Part shown: positions 43,457 through 56,132 of the stretch, one piece after another
Layout: every line of letters starts with the position of its first letter
Numbering within the stretch: position 1 is the first letter of the stretch
NCBI GenBank assembly: GCA_964016885.1
Contig: OZ024743.1
Coordinates: 181,040,001 to 181,104,000 of the forward strand
Origin: Eledone cirrhosa
Lineage: Eukaryota
Direction of reading: 5' to 3'
Length of the DNA stretch: 64,000 bases
The notes under the pieces: model-generated
The model's input: only the letters and a program-made list of their open reading frames with translations
Databases searched by the model: none
What the model was told of the DNA's origin: nothing
Made by a program: the position numbers and the translations under genes

Positions 43457-43710
43457 GACTCTTTTTCTATCAGTTATTCATTGGTCTCTATTCTCCGTCA
43501 TGTGTAGAAGGGTCTCTGTGTTATGACCAGTCTAGTATTTGGTGTTGTGGGACCAGGATTTCTTCGTACGCCTTTTTCTTCGCCCTTCTCGACTGTGGCC
43601 TGAAGGATGGTTTTAGACAAGATAAGGCGGGGTATATGACCATACCAGGCAAGCTTCCATCTTTTCATTGATGCAAGGAGTGTTTCATGTCCTCCAGTAT
43701 CTTTGTTAAC
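43430..43710 (-). mobile_element. Decayed, 5'-truncated 3' end of an RTE-like non-LTR retrotransposon (C-terminal post-RT region)
   Basis: Manual minus-strand translation across two frameshifts and two stops gives ETLLASMKRWKLAWYGHIPRLILSKTILQATVE/GRRKRRTKKSWSHNTKY*TGHNTETLLHMTENRDQ*/LIEKESIVEPQR. This matches the typical LINE tail pattern L.W.GH..R...SK.ILQG.VEG.RRRGR..K.W...I..WTG......A.DR..W; both stops fall at the expected Trp positions. Confidence 0.85.
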
Positions 43711-44390
43711 CGAAGTGGATTAGCCTAACTTAAATTCCCAATTAATCGGTTAAGACGTCTCTATACAATATAACAATCCTTGATAATACTGCTCAATAAA
43801 ACAAGAGTAAATATGTTTAGATTCCCAAACTGAATTATATTTTGTCATTAAACATACTTTAAATCACAATTTTAAAAAAAATATTGTAGTTTTATTTCTA
43901 TCCAGCAAATCACAGGAAGTACACGCACTATATTGAATTTTTATTATTTATTATTGTGTTTATATTTGTTGTGCTTGTTTTTTATGTTTGTTTTTTTGTG
44001 TTTTTTTGCATGTTTTTTGTGAGTTAAGGTGCTATTTTGAAATAATAGTTTATAGAATGAACAACTATTTTAATCTCGTGTCATTCAGTTCTAAAATAGT
44101 ACTTTTGTGCGGTTTCCACTGTCCTAAGGGCAATGCATGAGAAGATTAAATGACCAAATAATGAGGAACAGGCCAAAGCAAACAACAATATTGGTAATAG
44201 AAATATATAAAAAAGATAAGATGAGAGGACATAAATAATACAATAAAGATTGGTGGCAGTAACCAGTTTCTGTTCAGTCATTTATAGGAAAGAGAATGAA
44301 ATTGTGGTTCGGATGAGAGGAGCGGGTACATGAGAGAGGACAAAATATATTGGGTAAACCGGAATAAGTTTTATGAAAATGAGTTGAGGA

Positions 44391-44437
44391 AAAGAAAGAA
44401 ATGAAAGAAGATAGAAATAAAGAAAGAAAGAAAGGAA

Positions 44438-44515
<78 letters not shown>
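44391..44515. repeat. Compound microsatellite (AAAG)n-(AGAT)n
   Basis: Directly visible tetranucleotide runs. Confidence 0.95.
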
Positions 44516-44516
<1 letters not shown>

Positions 44517-44551
44517 GCAGAAGTTGTGAAATTCAAGATTTAAGAGATGAA

Positions 44552-44857
44552 GTGTTGGTTAGTTGGCGTCATACTTTCCGAAACCCGGTCCGGCGACATG
44601 CCACTACACTTTCGGGCCACATCTGGGACCTCATAGATAATAACATAACCTACAATCTCACTTGGAGCTTACTGTCCAGAGCTAACTCTTACACGGGAGG
44701 ACGCCGTCCGTGTAACTTATGCTCGGAGGAAACATTACAAATGCTGTTTTCGAAGGACCAACTCCTAAACAAGAAAGACGAACTGGTAACCGCATGCAAA
44801 CACATATTGCGTAGGACTTACTTCGCCCTCAAACTCCATAACGACCCGGGTGGGTAG
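44552..44857 (+). mobile_element. 5'-truncated Penelope-like element fragment (Naiad-type GIY-YIG C-terminus)
   Basis: HTFRNPVRRHATTLSGHIWDLIDNNITYNLTWSLLSRANSY...CNLCSEE...LLNKKDELVTACKH aligns by eye with the C-terminus of the 52075-54303 protein (HKNSF...STSLSSLLWQLK...CDLCVEE...LNLRSNLFSCCRH) but is a different, more GC-rich family. Confidence 0.85.
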
Positions 44858-45073
44858 ACAAAGGCTGATACCCCCCACTTGCCTAATAAATTAGAGGAAA
44901 CCCCAGCTTACATAGATAGATGTACCTCTTTTCTTTTCCTCTATGTTTTCTTCTTCCCCCTGTCTCATCATATCACTTCCTTCCATCCCCGATCTTCTTC
45001 CTCGTCTGTTTTTCCCCTTTCGCCTACCCCGATGCAGCCCATCGGGCTTCTGTAGCCTCAGTACCCCCACGCC

Positions 45074-45370
45074 TGTAATTTTAAGATAGAATTGGCCGAA
45101 TACGCTTTACTAACCATTGATTGCAGATGTGTTAGACCCCTGTAATTTTGTATCATTTTTGTTACTACTCCAATTCTACAATTTCAAAATTTGTTATTTA
45201 GTATTTTCTATTCTCAACTTATTAATCTGTAATTGTAAGATAGCATTGGCGGAATACGCTTTACTAACTATTTATAGCAGTTTGTTAGACCCTGAAAAGT
45301 TTGCATTATATTTTTTCACTACCCACTTCTACAATTTCACATTTAGTATTTTCCATTCTCAAATTATTAA
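45074..45370 (+). repeat. Imperfect tandem duplication, ~154-bp unit, downstream of the PLE fragment
   Basis: TGTAATTTTAAGATAGAATTGGCCGAATACGCTTTACTAAC at 45074 recurs as TGTAATTGTAAGATAGCATTGGCGGAATACGCTTTACTAAC at 45228. Similarity continues through TTCTACAATTTCA and TTTAGTATTTT. Confidence 0.85.
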
Positions 45371-45859
45371 CCTTTTCTATACCTTTGGCCGTACAAGCAA
45401 CACCTACTAATTAGAGCAGCTGTTTCTAGACTCTACTGTTTTGTTTTGTTTTTTATTCTTTTCTCACTATCTGATATTTTTTTATATTTCTTTCTATTTT
45501 TTTCTTTTTTATTGTCGCCTATTCTCATTTGACTTACCTATTCTATAACCTCCCTCCTCCATTTTCTCCAGAACAATTTTTCGACTTTTCATATACTATC
45601 CTTAGAATCTGCTGTATAGATTTCACCATCAACACTTGACCAGCTCCACTCACTGCCTCATTGTTCTACAGGCAAGTTCAGCCACCCCTACCTCCCACCA
45701 AATGCCATGATAGACTTATTTGTGTTTACAATACATTACAACACATTTTGACCAAACATCCCAACAACTACAATCTTCCCATATAAGGAAGTACCCCTTG
45801 ACACACATATATATATATAGTTGTAAGGTTGCAAGATAAATGCGTCCTCGTTCCTTATC

Positions 45860-45993
45860 ATAGTTACGTCCCTTTACGATCTGAGTTCAAACCCCGCCGA
45901 GGTTAACTTTGCCTTTCATCCTTACGGAGTCGATAAAATAAAGTACCAGTAATGCACTGGGATAATTACTGCCCTTGTGCAAAAGTAGAAACA

Positions 45994-45998
<5 letters not shown>
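45860..45998 (+). mobile_element. tRNA-derived SINE copy (5'-degenerate)
   Basis: B-box GAGTTCAAACCCC followed by the conserved core GCCTTTCATCCTTACGGAGTCGATAAAATAAAGTACCAG, shared with the copies at 56.8-61.3 kb. Confidence 0.85.
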
Positions 45999-46372
<374 letters not shown>

Positions 46373-46769
46373 TAGGTGGTGCTGAGACTGGAGAGACTAC
46401 TAATAATATGAGTACTCGATACATGAGTAGATGTAGAGTGGATATAGAGATATGTAAAATCCCGACTGCGGCGCCAAGCGCTTTCGGCTTGTGTGTTCAG
46501 TTCAGCAAGCCTTTACGAGGGTGTAGACTATATATATATTAGATCGTTGGACCAGAATATGTTTTACTGCATAATAAAAAGAGCAAACTTCTTAACCATT
46601 CGACCATGCTCTGTCCAGAAGATAGAGAGAGAACATTCAATCAATAAGAGATTGTAAGAAGCGAGGAAAAGAATGAAAATGATATAGATATGTGTAATAA
46701 GATGAGAGAGTGATAAGTGAGAAATACTAAGACAGTGGTGGAGAATGATATAAACCTGTGTAAGTGTAT

Positions 46770-48790
<2,021 letters not shown>

Positions 48791-48883
48791 TGAGCTGGAC
48801 ATATCTGTGGAGGACGCGAACTCAGACTACTTTTCATAGATAAAAAACGTGAGATGAAACTCCTATCTTTATTTTATCTTTAC

Positions 48884-49036
48884 CTTCAAAATAAATATAC
48901 TGTATATAATTGTCAAAATTTGCTCTCTTCCGAACCCTATCTAGAGTCTCAGGAAACGCAATCTTTGTGCGTCCATCCCACGCGTCCCAGAACATGTCGC
49001 AGGCCCATCGCCAGTTTTTTCGGTATGCAATGGATT
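48884..49036 (-). CDS. Candidate internal coding exon (153 nt, phase 1-1), product unknown
   Basis: Minus strand: acceptor TATTGCAG, then open frame SIAYRKNWRWACDMFWDAWDGRTKIAFPETLDRVRKRANFDNYIQYIYFE, then donor GAAG|GTAAAG. Length is divisible by 3, GC is higher than the flanks, and the other two minus frames contain stops. No homology recognised. Confidence 0.4.
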
Positions 49037-49832
49037 CTGCAATAGTATTATATATTATGTGCGGCGTTTTGAAAGAATAAAAAAATGTCCAACAAATTTG
49101 TAATATTTTTATTCATATATTTTTGTCTATCTACATTCTCCTACCTAACCAAATTCAAGACGCCTTTGAGATCATAAATGGCGTGTGTTCATCTACACTC
49201 TAGATGGAATAAATTTTAGCTTGTGTAATTTTCCATAATTATTCTTTTATGGCCTTCGTCCGGCCCGCTATCCGTCATTAATACTCGTGGAGGCAAAGGA
49301 CCGACCCCTAATCTAGAGCTTAAGTTGAAACTTCGCAACCAAATATTTAAATGCATTCCTAGAACAAGCAGTCGCAACGAAGTCATTAAAAGGTAGTTAG
49401 TTTAGAATTAATGTTCGTTCGTTTTTTTTTGTTTTGTTTTTTTTTAGATAATTAGTACATAGTAATTATATTTTTTACAAAATAATGTAGAATATAAATA
49501 TATATAATTGTAGTTTCTTGAATGCCGCCTTATTATATTACAAGCAACTTAATGTGGCCTTTCAACATAAAAAAAGGCTCCCATCTCTGCTCCAGACCAA
49601 ACTAACAAGACAGTAATTGGCTTAACAAAATTGCTTAGTTCTGTCAAGATCAGAAGTGAGGAACCTTTCTCAACAATGAGTGTTCCAGGAATGTCCTCTT
49701 CATGATATTCACGTATAAGTGAGCATTGTGCGCGCGTGTGTGTGTTAGTTCGTAAATATTTTTATATAAATAGTTATATCCCTCTCACTCTTCCCCTTCT
49801 CATTCCCTTTCTTCCTATGCATATACATATAT

Positions 49833-50550
49833 ATACAAATGAATATATGAGAGGGATGAACACTGATACAAGTATACATGTGTTCGCGTTGCAAATGACC
49901 AAGTTAGCTAGGTTGAAAAATACTAATTTAAAATAATACGGTTTGCCTGTCTCGATTTAAAATAATAAATCAATAAAAATAACAAACCTATATTAGCAAT
50001 GGCCGTGATACCCGGACAAATTCTAAATTTGTTTCGCAACAATTAAGTGAAAGTTTCTATTCCTGTGCTCTTCTGCGGGTATACAGAAATTGGTAAGTTT
50101 CACTTCAAAATACTTAAGAAGATTGAGAGATATAAGTTGTTGAACGCACATGTGTCACAGCGCCTAGCACGTCCCATACTCGTGCCGCTAAAAATAGCAG
50201 CCGGTTTTATGAGATTAAAAATTAGCTCTACGAATGGAGCCGAGAATATTATATATAGAGTTATAAACTCAAAATAGTCTTTTACAATTAAATAGCTCAA
50301 GGAAGGGAATATATAGGTTTGTTATTTTTATTGATTTATTATTTTAAATCGAGACAGGCAAACCGTATTATTTTAAATTAGTATTTATTCAACCTAGCTA
50401 ACTTGGTCATTTGCAACGCGAACACATGTATACTTATATCTGTGTTCATCCCTCATATATTCATTTGTATTACACGGCTCAGAAATATTCATTTCTTTGA
50501 GCTATTTAATTGTAAAAGATTATTTGAGTTTATAACTCTCTATATAATAT
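49833..50550. repeat. Interleaved inverted repeats (MITE-like or foldback element)
   Basis: 49833-49993 is the near-perfect reverse complement of 50311-50470. 50246-50312 is the imperfect reverse complement of 50485-50550. Confidence 0.85.
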
Positions 50551-50647
50551 ACATAAATATATACATACATATATATGTTTGTGTGTGAGTGCGTGTGTGT
50601 GTAATATATATATATATATATATATATGTATACATATACATAAATAA

Positions 50648-50738
<91 letters not shown>

Positions 50739-50993
50739 TAAAACATGTCTATAGAATCACAAGATAAAATATATACTATTTCCTCTCCCAATTAGCATAA
50801 TTAACTATATAAAAAATCGAATAGACCAGGCTATAAGAATGAGGCTTCTATGAAGAAATCTCCGACAAATAACCGAAACTTAGCGCTTCGTGTCGGCCGT
50901 AGCGGAATATTTATCGAATATTTCGACAGCGTAATCGCCCAGATATAGTCAATTAAACAGAATTAGGTGTATAATAAACTAGGAGAAAATAGA

Positions 50994-51072
<79 letters not shown>

Positions 51073-51204
51073 AACATTTTTAAGACCATTTGCTGAGTTT
51101 TTAAGTAGTGACTATGTCACTTGACGAGAATAAGTAAGTGACAGTCACTACTTTAAAACTCATAACATTCATGCATACAGCGCTACTATTTCAGAACACC
51201 AATA

Positions 51205-51289
<85 letters not shown>

Positions 51290-51329
51290 ATATACGATAT
51301 TAAACAAATGGAAACTATATTTATAAAAC

Positions 51330-51408
51330 CATATTTATTTCATTATACATATTTCAGGGATACCATATTAAAAATATGGCATGCTTTCGTCAGATAAAAT
51401 ACAATATA
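51330..51408 (-). ncRNA. Type I hammerhead ribozyme (inverted copy)
   Basis: Reverse complement reads UAUUUUAU-CUGACGA-AAGCAUGCCAUAUU UUU AAUAUGGUAUCCCU-GAAA-UAUGUA-UA-AUGAAAUA. Core motifs and stems I, II and III are present. Confidence 0.75.
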
Positions 51409-52074
51409 TAAACAGTTTTATAAATAATTTTGACGTACCATAAATATAAGCGACCATTAAGGTAGGAAGCTGGCTTGGTAGTGAAGTGTTTATAAATATT
51501 TAGTGTTAAGCACAGTTATAAAGAAAGACGGAGAAAAAGAAGAATTGTATGTAAAGAAAAACAGAGAGAAATAGAGAGAGATAGGGGAGAGATAAATAGG
51601 GAGGAGGTGAAAAAAGAGAGGCAACCGAAGGCAACAGATGAATAATAATAATTCATCATACAAATTGAGAGATTTAAGAGGGAGGGAGTACGGTAATTAT
51701 TTAGTTATAGTGTTAAGCACAGTTAGAGAAGAGACGGAAAGAAAGAAAAAATGAAGATGAAAAGAAAACAGAGAGAGAGAGAGAGAGAGAGGGGTGGGAG
51801 GAAAAGAAAGAGGGAGAAAAAATAATAATAATTATATAGGGGGAGGTGAAAATCAAGAGAGAAATAAGAGAGAAACATGAGAGGCAAAGTCAAAAGGACA
51901 GATACATAAACTTCATCATATATAAAGAGAGAGGAGAAGAAAGAGCTATATCTAGATAGAGGGATGATATCAGTTATAAAATATTTACTTGTTGTAACCC
52001 AACAATTTTAAATAAAACTTTTGCATATATTTTTGCTCCAATACTGTTGAGCGCTTTATATTATAACTGAAAAA

Positions 52075-54303
52075 ATGGAATTCTTTAAGATATCTTCTTC
52101 TCTAAAAGACATACCTCTACCTAAGAACAAAGACTTTATTAAACAATTAATAGAAAAATCAGACTCTTTTATAAGAAGAATCAGGTGGCGTGCCTTCCAC
52201 TTTGATAAATCTAATCTAAATGAAAATGTTTCAGACTTAGATAAAGTTTTCAAATCTAAAAAAAATCCACCCCCCAACAAACTATTAATGGATTTTGAAA
52301 ACGATATAATTTCTATCATCCAAGGAATCAAATTCAAGAGAAACTTCAAAGGCCAGGACTATCTAAGAAGCATTAAGGATAATATTGAAGGCTTGGAGAG
52401 AACAGAGAAGATCTTGGTGAAATCGGACAAAACCAACAACCTTTATGGAGTGCAAAAGGACATGTATAATGGCCTTATATTGAAAGAACTAAGGAAAAAG
52501 TACAAGGTAGCAAGTAAGGACGAACTGGAAAAAATGAATGCTGAGGCATCTTGTATAATGCATGAGTTAGACATTGAGAACAAAACACAACCCTTCATGC
52601 CTAGGAAACCCAAGATCAATATGAAAGATCACAAAAGAAATTTTGAAAATGATTTGCCAGTCAGATTGATTGCACCATCAAAATCTGACCTGGCTAAACT
52701 TAGCAAAAACATTCTAGACAGGGTGATACAGCAAATTAAAAACTTACATAATTTACCTTACTTAAACTTATGGAAGGGGATTGGTGAGGTTATTGAGTGG
52801 TTTAAAGAAATTAAATATAACAATAATAATAAATTTATTCAACTAGATATTGCTAACTACTATTCATCTATTACCCCTAATCTACCGAATAAGGCACTAA
52901 ATTACGCATTCAAACATACAGACCTAACTAGCAATGAAATGCACATTATATTATCGGCAAGGAAAACATTGATAGAATTTAATAACCAACTATGGACTAG
53001 GGCAGATAGAGATAATAATTTCGACATAACTATGGGATCATCTGATTCAGCTCAGGTAACGGACCTTGTGGGCCTATTTATAATTAATTCACTGCATAGA
53101 AAAATACCAGGTGTAACCGGAGGATTATATCGTGATGACATGCTTTTACTTATTGAAAATAATAACTCTGAACTAAATAGAAAAATAAAACAAATTATAC
53201 AATTTTTTAATTACCTTAATCTAAAAATAGAAATAGAGAATAACCATAGAATAGTCAATTTCCTAGATGTAACACTAAATCTCAACACATGTCTTCACTA
53301 TCCATTTCACAAACTAAATGAAAACTTGAATTATGTCAATTTTAACTCTAATCACCCCAGATCTGTTAAAAATACTATAGTGAACTCTGTTCAAGAACGA
53401 ATCTCAAGAATTTCATCTAATAAAAATATTTTCGACGAAAAAGCGCAGTATTACAATGAAGCGTTAGCTAGAGCAGGATATAGTGATAAAATTAAGTACA
53501 TCGATAATAATAGGCAAACTAACCAAAATAATAACAATTTTAATTACGGTAACAACATTAACAACTATAATAGAACATATTACAATAATTCCAAAAGCCG
53601 GAAAAGAAATAGAACTAGAAATATAATATGGTTTGCCCCCCCCCCCCCCTTCTCACTAAATATTAAAACCCACATTGCTAAACTATTCTTTAATGCTCTT
53701 GACAAACGCTTCCCTAGAACACATAAATATCACTCAATTTTTAATAGACATACTATAAAATTAACTTACTCGTCCACCAAAAATTTAGCACAAAATATTA
53801 ACAGAATAAATAATAGGAATTTAAAACCTAACCAAAATACCAATAATAACCCAAACAATATTCAAGTAAACAACTATAACTGTAGAAATAAATCTAAATG
53901 TCCGTTAAATAACAATTGCTTAGTTAAAAATATAATATACAATTGTAATGTTAAAACTAACTTAAATCCTTTCAACTATGTTGGTTCCACCTCGACAGAA
54001 TTTAAACTTCGCTTCAATAATCATAAGAATTCTTTCACAGATCCAAACAAAAAATCTTCAACTTCACTATCAAGCTTACTCTGGCAACTTAAACGTGATA
54101 ACGTTGGGTATTCGATGTTTTGGAATATTGTCTCAAGAGGGATTCCTTTTAATTCCTCATCTGAGACATGTGATCTCTGTGTGGAGGAGATATTCTTTAT
54201 ATTAAAATCCGAAAATTCCCTTAATCTAAGGAGCAATTTATTCAGTTGCTGCAGACATAGATTAAACTCAACGTTTAAATATAAATATAAATTTAAAATG
54301 TAG
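52075..54303 (+). CDS. Penelope-like element polyprotein: reverse transcriptase plus C-terminal GIY-YIG endonuclease (742 aa)
   Basis: RT motifs KDHK, RLIAP, QLDIANYYSSI, FDITMGSSD, LYRDD, NFLDVTL. Cys linker NCRNKSKCPLNNNC. GIY-YIG IIY...YVGST...FKLRFNNHK. Terminal CDLC...E...LN...CRH. This motif set is what I recall for the Naiad clade. Confidence 0.95.
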   Translation: MEFFKISSSLKDIPLPKNKDFIKQLIEKSDSFIRRIRWRAFHFDKSNLNENVSDLDKVFKSKKNPPPNKLLMDFENDIISIIQGIKFKRNFKGQDYLRSIKDNIEGLERTEKILVKSDKTNNLYGVQKDMYNGLILKELRKKYKVASKDELEKMNAEASCIMHELDIENKTQPFMPRKPKINMKDHKRNFENDLPVRLIAPSKSDLAKLSKNILDRVIQQIKNLHNLPYLNLWKGIGEVIEWFKEIKYNNNNKFIQLDIANYYSSITPNLPNKALNYAFKHTDLTSNEMHIILSARKTLIEFNNQLWTRADRDNNFDITMGSSDSAQVTDLVGLFIINSLHRKIPGVTGGLYRDDMLLLIENNNSELNRKIKQIIQFFNYLNLKIEIENNHRIVNFLDVTLNLNTCLHYPFHKLNENLNYVNFNSNHPRSVKNTIVNSVQERISRISSNKNIFDEKAQYYNEALARAGYSDKIKYIDNNRQTNQNNNNFNYGNNINNYNRTYYNNSKSRKRNRTRNIIWFAPPPPFSLNIKTHIAKLFFNALDKRFPRTHKYHSIFNRHTIKLTYSSTKNLAQNINRINNRNLKPNQNTNNNPNNIQVNNYNCRNKSKCPLNNNCLVKNIIYNCNVKTNLNPFNYVGSTSTEFKLRFNNHKNSFTDPNKKSSTSLSSLLWQLKRDNVGYSMFWNIVSRGIPFNSSSETCDLCVEEIFFILKSENSLNLRSNLFSCCRHRLNSTFKYKYKFKM

Positions 54304-55914
54304 TATAATTAATTAAGAAATTTAATTAATGTATGAAACCTGACGATAAATCTTTCGATTCCTTCAACTTTTTCTTTTAAACCTTCTTCATAAATATAAA
54401 CAAATGATGTAATTAAACTACTCTAAAATGTAGATGCTCCCAATGTATTAAATAAATTTTACGCAAGATAAATTTCTATACTAAATATAAGAGCATCCGT
54501 AGAACCACAGGGTCTTCTAAATCCTTTAAACGAATTTTGTTAAATAATTTTTGGTTTTTTATTTGCTTTTTGATTCTGATTGCTTCTAAAGAACTTGGCA
54601 ATATATTGTCTGGAAAATTGGAACGATAGATTTCTGTGGTAAATATAAGAAGCATACTGTGTTTTTGTGGCCTGAGATACTCTAGGGAGTGAGAAAAATA
54701 TTTTAACGTTTTGATATTTCTGTGCTGATATATTGATATCTGGTTGTCTCTGTACAAAGGCCATATGTATTAATATGCATATGGAATGATTACAGAGTAT
54801 ATTTTATCTGTTCATGTGCCTGTATGTGTGCATACATATATATGTATATGTATGTGTGGGTATAGTTCTGTATATGTTACAGATATGCATAATATTATAT
54901 ACATGAACGATAATCATATGTGTGAGGGCATGAATATTAATCGTTTATTTTTTATGTATATATATATAGTGAAATCTTTTATAACACAAGGGAAAAAAAA
55001 ATTTTTGTGAAACAAGAAATTATAGAGTTGATCACGTAAAGTCATGGGTATGTCTATATTATCAACTAAAGCTTGACATGACTTTCTCTTTCTCGTTTTC
55101 TTTCCTTTTTCAGAAAGTGCATATGCATGTGTATGTATATACTTCTATATCTCCGTATTTTTATAAATAGGGTAATTTTTTGAAGATTTATCTCAGTTTT
55201 TGGTACATTGACCTCAGAGTTTTAAACTAAACATATGGTCATTATTGAGCAAAATTATTTTCACACATTATATATCTACGTCTCATTCATGAATATTGAT
55301 ATTTACATTATATTACCCAGTTCATATGAATTGATAATTCAAATTGATAGGACATGACGTAAAGATGTAACTCTATCATCCCTCTCTCTAGATATAGCTC
55401 TTTCTTCTCCTCTCTCTTTATATATGATGAAGTTTATGTATCTGTCCTTTTGACTTTGCCTCTCATGTTTCTCTCTTATTTCTCTCTTGATTTTCACCTC
55501 CCCCTATATAATTATTATTATTTTTTTCTCCCTCTTTCTTTTCCTCCCACCTCTCTCTCTCTCTCTCTCTGTTTTCTCTTCATCTCCATTTTTTCTTTCT
55601 TTCCGTCTCTTCTCTAACTGTGCTTAACACTATAACTAAATAATTACCGTACTCCCTCCCTCTTAAATCTCTCAATTTGTATGATGAATTATTATTATTC
55701 ATCTGTTGCCTTCGGTTGCCTCTCTTTTTTCACCTCCTCCCTATTTATCTCTCCCCTATCTCTCTCTATTTCTCTCTGTTTTTCTTTACATACATTTCTT
55801 CTTTTTCTCCGTCTTTCTTTATAACTGTGCTTAACACTAAATATTTATAAACACTTCACTACCAAGCCAGCTTCCTACCTTAATGGTCGCTTATATTTAT
55901 GGTACGTCAAAATT

Positions 55915-56021
55915 ATTTATAAAACTGTTTATATATTGTATTTTATCTGACGAAAGCATGCCATATTTTTAATATAGTATCCCTGAAATATGTATAATGA
56001 AATAAATATGGTTTTATAAAT
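55915..56021 (+). ncRNA. Type I hammerhead ribozyme in the PLE 3' region
   Basis: CTGACGA at 55947-55953. Stem II at 55954-55984 (ATGCCATATT/AATATAGTAT). GAAA at 55985-55988. Short stem III ATA-TG-TAT. Predicted cleavage after AUA at 55996. Stem I TATTTTAT/ATGAAATA, extended by TATATT/AATATG and ATTTATAAAAC/GTTTTATAAAT. Confidence 0.75.
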
Positions 56022-56132
56022 ATAGTTTCCATTTGTTTAATATCGTATATCTACTCCAAAAACTTGTCGAGTGCTTTATATCAGTTATAAAATATTTACT
56101 TGTTGTAACCCAACAATTTTAAATAAAACTTT

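Noticed and set aside
1122-43671. More than 100 short ORFs (MLEYHSSCATDAASCW...) as a repeat-protein gene family
   Set aside because: A 41-bp monomer cycles through all frames and hits TAG every third unit. The ~60-aa ORFs appear only where a 40-bp variant or point change skips the stop, and most start at TTG/GTG.
54340-54380. Second hammerhead at CTGACGA just after the PLE stop codon
   Set aside because: No downstream stem II plus GAAA, and no convincing permuted arrangement.
52075-54500. Selenoprotein recoding or SECIS, reported for some Naiad elements
   Set aside because: The ORF has no in-frame TGA and ends in TAG, and I see no convincing SECIS downstream.
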